A stretch of 64,000 bases of DNA from Desulfatiglandales bacterium (GTDB lineage Bacteria; Desulfobacterota; DSM-4660; Desulfatiglandales; HGW-15), in contig CAXXJJ010000004.1 in assembly GCA_963667015.2 (NCBI GenBank), positions 2,880,001 through 2,944,000 on the forward strand. Reading direction: 5' to 3'. The position numbers were made by a program, and so were the translations under genes. Below are positions 39,729 through 49,229 of the stretch, piece by piece. Every line of letters starts with the position of its first letter. Positions within the stretch are counted from its first letter, which is position 1. The notes under the pieces were generated by a model. The model was not told the origin of the DNA and did not search any database. It saw nothing but the letters and a program-made list of their open reading frames with translations.

Positions 39729-40775
39729 CTATTCCGAGTTGCAAACAGGCTTTCTAAACTTAACAATAGTCATCAGCGACTTACAATGGCTGCATTTAAA
39801 AGCAGGCCTTGGACGTATCGGGATTTTATCAATAACGACTCTCAATATTACCTGAATCAGAGAACGTATTTTCTTAGCATTACTGTGAAGGAAGCCATAA
39901 TCCCTGACTCTCCTGAAGCCTTTGGGAAGTACATGTTGCAGTAGAAGTTTAATAAAATCTTCCCCATCCATTGTGCGGTATTTTACAATCTTATTGTTAT
40001 CAATATACTTAAAGGTTATCTTTCCATCCCGGTTTGCAATGATATTTTTTTCGCTGATAACGCCACGGTATAAATACCGGGCAAGATACTTGAGGGCAGT
40101 AATGCCTGCTCCAACATGTTCGCAGTCAGCCACCCATTTTTTGGGTGCATTTTTAGGGATGGAAAAGCCGGCATTATTTAGCTCATGTAAAAAGCGGGCG
40201 CGGAAAACTTTAGCCATGGCTTTTTCATTAAAGAGGTATTTGCCTTTTTTCTTTTTCCATTGTTTGGATTTTTTATCCACTCCACCTGCCGGAATGATGA
40301 CATGAACATGTGGATGATAATCCAGATTTCTGTTATTAGTATGCAGAACAATGGTCATACCGACTTTAGCCCCCAGTTTTTTTGGGTTAGCAGCAAAATC
40401 CTTTAGAGTGGATGCTGCACAGGAGAATAAAAAGGGGTATATCTCTTTTTGATGGTGCATGGCTAAAGGCCTGAAAGAATATGGCAGTGTGAAGGTAACC
40501 ATAAAATAAGGTGCAGGCAGCAGCTTTTGCTGTTGTCGGTCAAGCCACCTGCTGGTTTCATGGTTCTGGCATTTAGGACAACTTCGGTGACCACAGGACA
40601 TGGGGTTCCATTGGGAATGTCCGCACTGGTTGCAGATTGTATATACTTCTCCGGAATCAGGAGTTCTGCATCTACGAATGGCATTAAGTGCGCTTAAATG
40701 TCCTGGTAGTAGGGTACTGGAATGTTTAGCCATAAATGAGTCGTAATATTGGTTGATGATAGATGCCAGTTCCAT
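39729..40775 (-). CDS. IS91-family rolling-circle transposase
   Basis: Zn finger CNQC/CGHRSCPKC, VTFTLP, HPHVH (HUH), YLARY (Y2), HVLPKGFRRVRDYG. Confidence 0.93.
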   Translation of the reverse strand: MELASIINQYYDSFMAKHSSTLLPGHLSALNAIRRCRTPDSGEVYTICNQCGHSQWNPMSCGHRSCPKCQNHETSRWLDRQQQKLLPAPYFMVTFTLPYSFRPLAMHHQKEIYPFLFSCAASTLKDFAANPKKLGAKVGMTIVLHTNNRNLDYHPHVHVIIPAGGVDKKSKQWKKKKGKYLFNEKAMAKVFRARFLHELNNAGFSIPKNAPKKWVADCEHVGAGITALKYLARYLYRGVISEKNIIANRDGKITFKYIDNNKIVKYRTMDGEDFIKLLLQHVLPKGFRRVRDYGFLHSNAKKIRSLIQVILRVVIDKIPIRPRPAFKCSHCKSLMTIVKFRKPVCNSE

Positions 40776-40777
40776 GA

Positions 40778-41682
40778 TTACACCTTCTTCAAATCAACAT
40801 GAATGGAGTTGATCAGCTCATTGATTTTAACAAGACTGTCATTCTCGGTAATATCTGTCAGGTGAGCATAGCGAGCGGTAGTTTCAGGGGTGGCATGCCC
40901 GAGTATAGCCTGGATATGTCTGAGACTCAGGCCGCGCTCAAGCAGGTGTGTTGCGAAGCTGTGACGAAGGGAATGGATATGGACTTTTTTTTAATGCCGC
41001 ATTCCTTAACAACTACCTGCATAGCCTTCTGAGTTCCGCCTGTGTCCATGTGATTAGTTGCCTGTTGGATTTTATCAGGAGAGCCCGTGGCATTAGGGAA
41101 AAGCCATACAGGGTTTTTGTGTTTTGACCATAACTCACGCAGAGCTTCTAAGGTAAGATCCGGCAATGGAACTAAACGGTCTTTATGACCTTTACCACGC
41201 CGGATATGGACCTTCTTTCTTTCAGCATCGATATCGCTGGTTTGAAGATGTAATGCTTCCTGCAAACGAAGTCCCATGGAATATGTAGTCAGTAGAAAAA
41301 CCCTGTATCGGAGTTTTCTTGTTGCACCTATTATGCGCTCTATTTCACCGGGTGTAAGAATATCAGGCAGGGTATATACTTTGGGAGGCTTAATAATATC
41401 TATCCACTCCCATTTTTTCTGGACAACGTGTTTCCAGAAGAACTGAAGTCCAAGACGGTCCAATTTGACAGTGCTCCAGGAATGAGAATCAACCAGGTCA
41501 GAAAAATACTGTTCAAGTTGGTCCGGGGTAAGCTGATCAGGACAGCAGTCAAAATGCTCTTTTATCCGGCGCACCGCCCTTGAATAGGCATCAATAGTGC
41601 TTTGACTTTTACCCTGAAGTTTGAGTATTCTTAGGTGTCTTTCATAAAGGTCATTAAATCTTTCTGTTTCTTTTTTGTTCAT
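40778..41682 (-). CDS. Tyrosine recombinase with a -1 frameshift near 40984-40992
   Basis: Frame 0: [13 protein letters not shown]. The -1 frame continues [18 protein letters not shown]...[16 protein letters not shown] to TAA at 40778; AAGGAG RBS before ATG 41682. Confidence 0.88.
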
Positions 41683-41775
41683 AGTGTATCTCCTTTTATT
41701 ATTTTTTGTGCCCTGAATTGAGCATACATCAGGAGCATACACTATTTATTATTTTTCTGCCGCGCAAGCGGCTTC

Positions 41776-41861
41776 GTTCAACCATTAAATCAACAAGACC
41801 GCGTGTCCTTCTTTGCTTGTTGTCAGCATCCCGGCGCGGCTTGTTATTTAAAACGTTATGT
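41776..41861 (+). repeat. attC (R'' supplied by the element end)
   Basis: GTTCAAC...GTTATGT. Confidence 0.85.
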
Positions 41862-42694
41862 CCATTCAATTGCATATGGAGCAAATGGAAACACCTAAAA
41901 AAGATTTGAAAATCCTATGGGGACGTTCAGCAAACCGATGTTCAATGTGTCGGCAAGAGCTTTCAGCCGATAAGGTGCATGGAAACAGTTCTTATCCTAT
42001 TGGCGAACAAGCCCATATTGTTGCAGAGAACGATAATGGACCGAGAGGAAAAAGCATTCTTAATGAAAAAGAGCGCGCATCATATCGTAATTTAATACTA
42101 CTATGTCCAACACATCATTCAATAATTGATAAAGCACCTGAGGATTATCCTATTGAACGCCTTCATATGATAAAGCAAGAGCATGAGGACTGGGTACGCG
42201 AGTCCCTTCATGGTTTTCCTGGTTGGGATGTTCATATACAGGATGAGAAATATATAGGAGATGACAAAGAAGTTCGGATTATAAATTTTATTAAGGAATG
42301 GTTAGTTTTTATTTCTTTTTTCGAGCTGTTTTACATTAAAATCGAGGCTTATCTGCTAGACCATAAAAAGAAACTAGATGATTTACCACGTGATGATATA
42401 TTGGAATGGCACAAACGAAGAGGTATGCTGCGAGAACTCTTATTTATTACAGGAGAAACAAATCTCGTCGTCCAAAATTTTATGTCCTGGGAGCAATTAA
42501 AAGCAGAGGATCCATATCTTTCTGAGTGGGACTATGAGACACCATTCTCTTTTATCCTGGACTTTATAAATCCTATTGCAATGGTAAACCTTCATGGTTC
42601 AGCAGTTTGGAAAGCAAGCTTCATTTCTGAAGAATATATTGAGGGTCTTAGTTGGAAATTTTCTAGTATTAAGGCTTTACGCACAAAGACATAA
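41858..42694 (+). CDS. Cassette: HNH endonuclease domain protein
   Basis: CSMC, QAHIV, NLILLCPTHHSIID plus an unrecognised C-terminal domain. Confidence 0.8.
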   Translation: MSIQLHMEQMETPKKDLKILWGRSANRCSMCRQELSADKVHGNSSYPIGEQAHIVAENDNGPRGKSILNEKERASYRNLILLCPTHHSIIDKAPEDYPIERLHMIKQEHEDWVRESLHGFPGWDVHIQDEKYIGDDKEVRIINFIKEWLVFISFFELFYIKIEAYLLDHKKKLDDLPRDDILEWHKRRGMLRELLFITGETNLVVQNFMSWEQLKAEDPYLSEWDYETPFSFILDFINPIAMVNLHGSAVWKASFISEEYIEGLSWKFSSIKALRTKT

Positions 42695-42756
42695 CAAAAT
42701 GCTCTACCCGACCAGGCGATAAAACGCCGCCTGGCCGGTAAGCATAGTCGTTAGCC
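42689..42756 (+). repeat. attC (short type)
   Basis: ACATAAC...GTTAGCC. Confidence 0.9.
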
Positions 42757-42785
42757 ACTCTATATAATATAAAAAGAGGTAAATA

Positions 42786-43223
42786 ATGAGAATCAATATA
42801 CTACCTATTACGTGTGCAATAGTTACAATATTTCTATGTTTACCTGTAATTTTTCTTAATATATCTGATTCTTCACTTGCTTTTCCAGTTGCAATCATTT
42901 TAAGCATCCCGTTTTTAGTGATGGGGTTTTTATGGAAGAAAATTAGCCTATGGGTGTATTATGGAGAAATCAATACAAAAAGGACATTCTCCTTTTTCAC
43001 GAAGAATCGGAATCAAAGATTTATGTCATTATGCTATGGGTATGCAAAATATTCATTTCCGTTGGTTGGCCTTTCACTCATTGCATGTACAATTTTTAAC
43101 TCAGAGTATATAGGTACTGTGTTAATGTTTTTTATTTGCTGGAATGCTGGTAGCGCTCTAATAGCGTGGTTTGCACCTCTTTGGAGTAATGAACATTCCA
43201 TATTTATGAAGGAACACTATTAA
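42786..43223 (+). CDS. Cassette: 4-TM membrane protein
   Basis: GAGGT RBS, hydrophobic. Confidence 0.7.
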   Translation: MRINILPITCAIVTIFLCLPVIFLNISDSSLAFPVAIILSIPFLVMGFLWKKISLWVYYGEINTKRTFSFFTKNRNQRFMSLCYGYAKYSFPLVGLSLIACTIFNSEYIGTVLMFFICWNAGSALIAWFAPLWSNEHSIFMKEHY

Positions 43224-43240
43224 CTATTATAATAATTATG

Positions 43241-43368
43241 GGCTAACATCACAATTAAGTGCGACTGGCTACTATCTTGCCGGGCGGAGTCCAAAGGCTT
43301 CGGAAAGTTTCTACCTGCATGACATTGGTAGCCATAAATACGCCAGCCCCTTATTGTGGGCGTTAGCC
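43241..43368 (+). repeat. attC
   Basis: GGCTAAC...GTTAGCC. Confidence 0.85.
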
Positions 43369-43375
43369 CAAGGAA

Positions 43376-43813
43376 ATGAAAATGCCTGACATAGAAATTA
43401 CTGTAGTTTTAATATCTGGTCTTTTTGCTTTGCTGGGAGGATTTCTAGGAGCTTGGCTTACTCGTAGGACAGAATATCAAAAATGGCTCCGTCAGCAACG
43501 TAGTATAGAATTTACTACAATTATTAAACAGCTTGAGGATTATAGAATAAGAGCTTTAAATATAATATATGATTCACAACGCGATGAACAAGATAAAGAT
43601 GTTGAACTCACTATGCTCTCTCTTGAATTAGCGCCTCAAGAAAGCATCGTTCGCCTTTATCTAGAAAAATCTGACAGGGATAATTTTTCTAAATTGTTAC
43701 ATGATCTATGGTCCTTTAATCATCCTATTATTGAGCAAACAGTTCGAATGAAAAAGGAAAATGAAATAATGCGTAGCATACAATCTTTGTTTGAACGAAC
43801 AATTGCGGGCTAA
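43376..43813 (+). CDS. Cassette: single-TM helical protein
   Basis: N-terminal TM helix, stop in R''. Confidence 0.7.
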   Translation: MKMPDIEITVVLISGLFALLGGFLGAWLTRRTEYQKWLRQQRSIEFTTIIKQLEDYRIRALNIIYDSQRDEQDKDVELTMLSLELAPQESIVRLYLEKSDRDNFSKLLHDLWSFNHPIIEQTVRMKKENEIMRSIQSLFERTIAG

Positions 43814-43939
43814 CAAAGCATTCAAGCGCGACCATGCTTTTTTTTCGCCTTTTTTAATGTCCTAGCGGTAAGCAATCTTTCTAGCAATCAATAAGTGCAT
43901 TGGCTTGCACCGCATGGCCCCTTAATGCAGGCGTTATGG
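43808..43939 (+). repeat. attC
   Basis: GGCTAAC...GTTATGG. Confidence 0.85.
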
Positions 43940-43954
43940 CCGCCTAATGAGAAG

Positions 43955-44314
43955 ATGAGAAAAATTGGAACAGTAGTAAAAGTAAAAAAAGGAGAATCAA
44001 TACCAGTTTTAAACATTGATCAAACTGGTTGGCGCGGTCGTGTCACCGACCGAGGACAAGATAGAATGCTTGGCATTTATTACTGTGTGGAATGGGATAG
44101 CATTACACTTGAAAATATTGGAAACAAACAAATCTACCGAATGCATAAAAATAAAAAAGACTGGACAAAAGACATATTTGGCAGGGGCTCAATAATCGCG
44201 GCAAAAGAAAGAGATACTGAAGAGGATGTTAAATCAAAAATAAAAACAATAAAAACTATGATCAAAAACAGAGATAAAAGACTTCAAAGACTTTTAAATA
44301 CAAAAAAGCCATAA
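43955..44314 (+). CDS. Cassette: basic hypothetical protein, SH3-like pattern
   Basis: IGTVVKVK...GWRGRV...VEWDSITL. Confidence 0.6.
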   Translation: MRKIGTVVKVKKGESIPVLNIDQTGWRGRVTDRGQDRMLGIYYCVEWDSITLENIGNKQIYRMHKNKKDWTKDIFGRGSIIAAKERDTEEDVKSKIKTIKTMIKNRDKRLQRLLNTKKP

Positions 44315-44440
44315 CAATCCAATAAACTCAGACCGGGCTACTATCTTGCCAGACCGGGATTGAATACAACATATTAACAATTGCGGTTGGCAAATATTTA
44401 CAATATTAAACCGCCCGGCAGGTTATCGGCGGCGTTAGTG
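44309..44440 (+). repeat. attC
   Basis: CCATAAC...GTTAGTG. Confidence 0.85.
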
Positions 44441-44473
44441 GTAGCAGAGCTAAAAATAAAAAGGAGATTAAAA

Positions 44474-44611
44474 ATGGAACAGGAAAATAATAAAAAGGAA
44501 ACTCATCCGGTAATAATTCTAGCATCTGTGATTTTAGGTATAGCATTCGTTGTCGCGGCAATTTATGGCTTTAAAACAGGTTGGAACTTTGGAGCAATGA
44601 TATTTAATTAA
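44474..44611 (+). CDS. Cassette: 45-aa single-TM peptide
   Basis: AAGGAG RBS; MEQENN...VIILASVILGIAFVVAAIYG. Confidence 0.65.
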   Translation: MEQENNKKETHPVIILASVILGIAFVVAAIYGFKTGWNFGAMIFN

Positions 44612-44698
44612 TCTGAATAAACATTGGTATTTTATTGTTCTATTAAAAAACGATATGGGCATATTTAAAAATCATGACCCTATACATCAAACGTCAAC

Positions 44699-44830
44699 CA
44701 CTAACCATAACATCTACTAGGACCGTGCTATTTTTTCGCCAATTTTTATCACCCTGCAATTCTAAACCTTCAAGCTTTTAACAAGGTAAGTAGGTTTGCA
44801 CCGCACGGCCTGTAATGTTTTTCGTTAGAA
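44699..44830 (+). repeat. attC
   Basis: CACTAAC...GTTAGAA. Confidence 0.85.
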
Positions 44831-44831
44831 A

Positions 44832-45314
44832 ATGCAAAATAAATTAACAATAAATGAACAATGGAATTTATACGCTTGTGGACCTCGCTGCTTAATACAA
44901 TTAGCAAAAATAAGAGGTATACCACTATCTGAAAAAGATATCATAAATAACTACTATTGCATGGTACCACTGTGGCAACAAGGTCAGTGTGGTGTAAGTA
45001 GTTTGGGACTTTGCCAACATATTGCTCGTACTTTTCAACTAGCTCGGGATAGTTACGTGCATCAGGACCATACACAACTTCAATCCCTGGTTGAAAATTC
45101 GACGGGAGTCCTCGTATGTACGCATAAAATTCAGGGTCCGCCTCCTCAATTAAATCTTTTGGAATTACACCATCTTCGCCTGGTGGTGGGGGCGGGCATA
45201 CAAAAAGAATCGCTCGTCCTCTGGAATCCCACACAAGATGGTCAGGCACACCACCAGATAGTTGAATTGGATAGTCTTCCGGAGCTGAACGTTGAATTTT
45301 TGATTTTAACATAA
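44832..45314 (+). CDS. Cassette: C39-like (papain-fold) peptidase candidate
   Basis: ACGPRCL, HHLRLVVG, LVLWNP (Cys-His-Asn order). Confidence 0.5.
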   Translation: MQNKLTINEQWNLYACGPRCLIQLAKIRGIPLSEKDIINNYYCMVPLWQQGQCGVSSLGLCQHIARTFQLARDSYVHQDHTQLQSLVENSTGVLVCTHKIQGPPPQLNLLELHHLRLVVGAGIQKESLVLWNPTQDGQAHHQIVELDSLPELNVEFLILT

Positions 45315-45347
45315 TAGTATTAATACCTCTTTTTAATTAAAAATATT

Positions 45348-45414
45348 TTCTAACATTTTAATTAACAGGATTTGTCGAAAAAACCCGCCAAACCTGTTAT
45401 TAAAGTCGTTGGCT
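45348..45414 (+). repeat. attC (short type)
   Basis: TTCTAAC...GTTGGCT. Confidence 0.85.
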
Positions 45415-45542
45415 GTCAATAGAATAGAGAAAAAGGAAATTCAAAGGAAGCGGAAATGAAGTTTCTAACAACAAGTAACTCAAGGACGCGACCTGTTACA
45501 TCGGAAAATTTGTAGAGGACATTTTAGTAATAGGAGGATAAT

Positions 45543-46367
45543 ATGCCAATAGCATTACTGATAGCACCCTTTGTAGCCTATCAAATTTATCAAGCAGCTA
45601 AAAACAGGGTAGATAAAAATAACGATTCTGCAGCTATATGGGTAATACTTACATTGTTAATGTGGCCTTTAGGAGCATACATGGCTGGATTGCGCTTCAA
45701 AAGAAATGGCCTGACATTTTTGGGATTATTAATTTTTATTTTATCTTCCATTATTTGGGGAGTTAAAACGACTAAAGGACTCGTTGCATCAAACCTTCAT
45801 GATTATAGTGAGTTAATACTTGTTGTTTTTTTCATTGGGCTTCCATTTGTTTTATACCTATTGCATCGTGAGGCAATAAAATATAGCGGATATACAGGGT
45901 GGCGGGCAATTTTATGGATTACCTTAATTATATTATTCATAACAGTCCCTTCATCAATTGTTGTTAAGCTATCAGAGGATTTTCAAAACGGATGGCTAAT
46001 AACCTTTGTAACTATTTTCTCATCACTATTGGGAGTTGGTGCAAGTTGGTGGGTCTGCAGGTTCTTTATGAATAAAAAAATCTGTGAAAAGTGGCAAAAG
46101 CTATTCAATATGGAAGATGACGAAATTGCAGAAAGCGAAATAAGTCAAAACCCAGCCTCTGAAAAAATTGAAACCTCGAATATGATACTTGAATTAACTG
46201 GAGCTGAAAATTCAATCTATAATGATTATAAGGAAATGATTCAAAGCAATGATATTCCAAACATGGCTGGCATTTTAGCCAAATTAAAGAAAAAACATAA
46301 ACTCAATATAAAATATATTACTAATGCCATTGAAAAAGGGGAAAAGTATGAGACTTCTTCAACTTAA
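45543..46367 (+). CDS. Cassette: multi-TM protein framed by family B sequence
   Basis: AGGAGG RBS, about 6 TM segments plus a soluble tail. Confidence 0.75.
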   Translation: MPIALLIAPFVAYQIYQAAKNRVDKNNDSAAIWVILTLLMWPLGAYMAGLRFKRNGLTFLGLLIFILSSIIWGVKTTKGLVASNLHDYSELILVVFFIGLPFVLYLLHREAIKYSGYTGWRAILWITLIILFITVPSSIVVKLSEDFQNGWLITFVTIFSSLLGVGASWWVCRFFMNKKICEKWQKLFNMEDDEIAESEISQNPASEKIETSNMILELTGAENSIYNDYKEMIQSNDIPNMAGILAKLKKKHKLNIKYITNAIEKGEKYETSST

Positions 46368-46468
46368 AGAAGTCCCTAATAAAAAAACATAATATTCAAA
46401 AATCATCAAATCTTTAAAATCAGTAATTGAAAGTAAGCAGTTAAAAACAAACTAAACAGGTTGGCGGC

Positions 46469-46592
46469 AGCCAATTACGTCTACAAGGACCGTGCTTTTT
46501 TTCCGCTTTTTTAGACATCTGCCAAGTTCAAACCTCCGCACATTTAATATTGTAAGTAGGTTTGCACCGGCCTGTAATGTTTCACGTTAAAA
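46469..46592 (+). repeat. Degenerate attC
   Basis: AGCCAAT...GTTAAAA with small deletions relative to sister sites. Confidence 0.7.
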
Positions 46593-46635
46593 AAAATCTC
46601 CAGATCTTTTTACTAAGGAAATAAAGGAGCTCAAT

Positions 46636-47604
46636 ATGAAACGATATTTTATCGTTATCCTAGTGGTAGCTATCACATTTTTAAATTGCGAGTCTTACAC
46701 TAATCGTAAAAAGTGCAAATCAGTTATCAGTACTCATAAGACTGAATTGCAGAGCCTACACTTCAAACTTACTCGTCTAAAGTCAAAATGGCCAGAAGCT
46801 TCTTGGGATGACCTAAAAGCCCGTATCAGCACGGAAATATTTGCTCCAGAGTGGCTTAGTGAACGGAGTGATTTTGGTTTTCGATATTTTGATGAGCCAC
46901 CTGCCTCAATTAATTCTCCTGATAAGGATGCTGAGCCCTATTGGGGATATTTTTATCCCTACATAGCCTCCTCAATTGAGCCTAAAATAATTATAAGTGG
47001 CCCTAGCAAAAATACATGTTGGATAAGTTACGATCGTCCATTAACTTTTCTAACAGAAAAGACGTATTGGAGGGAAGACCAAATTCGTGTGAGTGCACCT
47101 AGTTTTTTTGAATCTCCTGAATTATTGTCAGCGCTAGCCTATACAATGGGAACAGATTACGGTTTGCCAGAATACCCCGATGATCCCGAATTGTTTGCCC
47201 GGAACCTAAAACAAGATTTGAAAGCAAAATACATCGTGATTTCCCGTTTAGTTGACTTGAATTATCCTGAGCCACCAAAATGGACTAATAGAAAGCCTTC
47301 AATAATAGACCGGTTTACCAATACATTTGACGAAGACCATTTAAATGTAGAGCTCCATGTATGTGTATTCGATCTAGAAAGCGAGAAGCTTATTGCTCGG
47401 TTTAATGATAGTATTTATCCGGGTGGGTCTATTAATTGGCAATGGACGAAATGGGGAGGACAAAACCAACTTGATCATTCATTTTACGAAGGTTGCAAAG
47501 AATCGATTAGCCGAAAGGCTAAAGAAGAACAATTATCTGGTATTGTTTATAAATTAGGGAAAAACGTAGTTGATCCTGAGGGCATAGTGCCTAAGGATAA
47601 ATAA
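46636..47604 (+). CDS. Cassette: probable lipoprotein
   Basis: AAGGAG RBS; MKRYFIVILVVAITFLNC. Confidence 0.7.
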   Translation: MKRYFIVILVVAITFLNCESYTNRKKCKSVISTHKTELQSLHFKLTRLKSKWPEASWDDLKARISTEIFAPEWLSERSDFGFRYFDEPPASINSPDKDAEPYWGYFYPYIASSIEPKIIISGPSKNTCWISYDRPLTFLTEKTYWREDQIRVSAPSFFESPELLSALAYTMGTDYGLPEYPDDPELFARNLKQDLKAKYIVISRLVDLNYPEPPKWTNRKPSIIDRFTNTFDEDHLNVELHVCVFDLESEKLIARFNDSIYPGGSINWQWTKWGGQNQLDHSFYEGCKESISRKAKEEQLSGIVYKLGKNVVDPEGIVPKDK

Positions 47605-47799
47605 TTGATCTAAGGCATTATGAATCAAAGGAGGATTTTTGTTGGTTAGCATGGAAAAGGAATATTAAGTACATAAGTGGCGGGGGTGGCCTCGTGGACA
47701 ACTTGGGGACGTAAGTAATAAAGTAAAAATAACAGTTTGTTTCATCTTTTTACTTACATCCCATATCTTACACAAGGATGCGAAAACTGATCTGATAAA

Positions 47800-47981
47800 T
47801 TAAAAAAGTTCACAAAACAATTCAGTTTATTCCCATCCCGGAAATTCTTTTGAAAAATAATTCAGAACAATATAAAAAGAAGAATCAAAAAACATAGTAT
47901 TCAAAAAGCATCAAATCTTTAAAAATCAGTAATTGAAAGTAAGCAGTCATAAACAAACTAAACAGGTTGGCGGCAGCCAAC
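47800..47981 (+). repeat. 3' two-thirds of a family B body
   Basis: Matches the family B copies through GGCAGCCAAC. Confidence 0.8.
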
Positions 47982-48107
47982 AATGGTATCTACTAAGACC
48001 GGGCTATTTTCTTTGCTTTTTATGTATCATCTTACAAGTATCAATTTATTAGTCTTTAAATGGTAAGTAGGTTTGCACCGCCCGGCTTGTAATACCTGTC
48101 GTTATGC
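47975..48107 (+). repeat. attC
   Basis: AGCCAAC...GTTATGC. Confidence 0.85.
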
Positions 48108-48122
48108 AATGGAGGAATATAT

Positions 48123-48476
48123 ATGGAACTTATTGATAAAATCCTGAGTAAAATACACATTAGGTCTTTTTCTATTCTTATAGCTGCTCTATTTGCAATA
48201 GCTGGAATATATATGATTTATCATGGTATCCGGGATGAAGGAGCAATTAATATATCATCAGCGATTATAACCGGAAAAATAAAATCCGGGCTCGTAGGAG
48301 TAACCCTTGTCTTCTTAGGTGCTATGATTTCTTTAGCTTGTATTATCGTTAAACCAGCACGACAAAAGGTCAAAATAAAAACGAACAATGGCTATTTGGA
48401 ATGGGAAGGAACTGTTAACTCAATTCGCAGTCTAATTCGTCAAATGGAGTCTATGGTTGATCAACTCAATAAGTGA
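48123..48476 (+). CDS. Cassette: 2-TM protein
   Basis: GGAGG RBS. Confidence 0.7.
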   Translation: MELIDKILSKIHIRSFSILIAALFAIAGIYMIYHGIRDEGAINISSAIITGKIKSGLVGVTLVFLGAMISLACIIVKPARQKVKIKTNNGYLEWEGTVNSIRSLIRQMESMVDQLNK

Positions 48477-48480
48477 TAAT

Positions 48481-48608
48481 GCATAACATTTAAATCAACA
48501 AGGACATGCTACTATCTTGCCAAATCAACCTTTAGTGGTTTGCATAATTTATACTTGTAATAATCTTTAAAGGCGTGCACCGCATGCCTGTTATTTAACG
48601 CGTTAGAA
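48481..48608 (+). repeat. attC
   Basis: GCATAAC...GTTAGAA. Confidence 0.85.
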
Positions 48609-48614
48609 AATTAA

Positions 48615-49088
48615 ATGATGATTAATTACACTGTGACCAATAAATATTTTCTTTACTCAGCAAGGATTGCAACTGCTATTATTTCCTTATTCTTAATATT
48701 TTTTCAGGTTATAGCAGTATGCTATATTTTCGACCGTATTGGAGATATAAAGTTATTTGACGCTATTGGCAGTGTTTTAATTCTCACTCTTTTGACATTT
48801 TTTATTTATTACCAAATTTCTAAAATATTTCGTTCTAAACATATCACCATGAATTCTGATGGCTTTCATTTCAACAACAAAACTATACCTTGGGAAAATA
48901 TCACAAAAATAGTTTTTCATTTTAAGTACTTTACAATTATTTATAAAGAGAAGAATAAAAACAAAAAAACTGTGGGCATATGGGGATTCTCTCATGAATC
49001 AAATAGATCAAGAGAGTTAATTCAGTTATATGCTTCTAAAAATCATACTTATGTAGATAAAGGATTTTTAATATTTTCTAACAATTAA
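48615..49088 (+). CDS. Cassette: 2-TM + bPH-like domain protein
   Basis: Two TM helices then ITMNSDGF...IPWENI. Confidence 0.65.
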   Translation: MMINYTVTNKYFLYSARIATAIISLFLIFFQVIAVCYIFDRIGDIKLFDAIGSVLILTLLTFFIYYQISKIFRSKHITMNSDGFHFNNKTIPWENITKIVFHFKYFTIIYKEKNKNKKTVGIWGFSHESNRSRELIQLYASKNHTYVDKGFLIFSNN

Positions 49089-49203
49089 TTCAACCCGACG
49101 TGCTTACTATCTTGCCAAATCGGGCTTTAAAGTTTTGCAAAGTTCAATCTTCTAAAAGCCTTTATTGGCTGGCACCGCACGCCGGTTAATTATGGCGTTA
49201 GTT
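49076..49203 (+). repeat. attC
   Basis: TTCTAAC...GTTAGTT. Confidence 0.85.
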
Positions 49204-49229
49204 TTTAATAGGGAGATAAACTATATTAA

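Larger units (their letters stand above)
39490..41782 (-). mobile_element. IS91-like element: tyrosine recombinase + HUH(Y2) transposase, inserted in an attC
   Basis: Two minus-strand genes; removing the segment restores AGTTAAC-CATTAAATCAACAAG...GTTATGT. Confidence 0.85.

Noticed and set aside
40927..41742. 271-aa recombinase as given in the ORF track
   Set aside because: It lacks the C-terminal catalytic H-x-x-R, H and Y, which lie in the -1 frame; the RBS supports a start at 41682.
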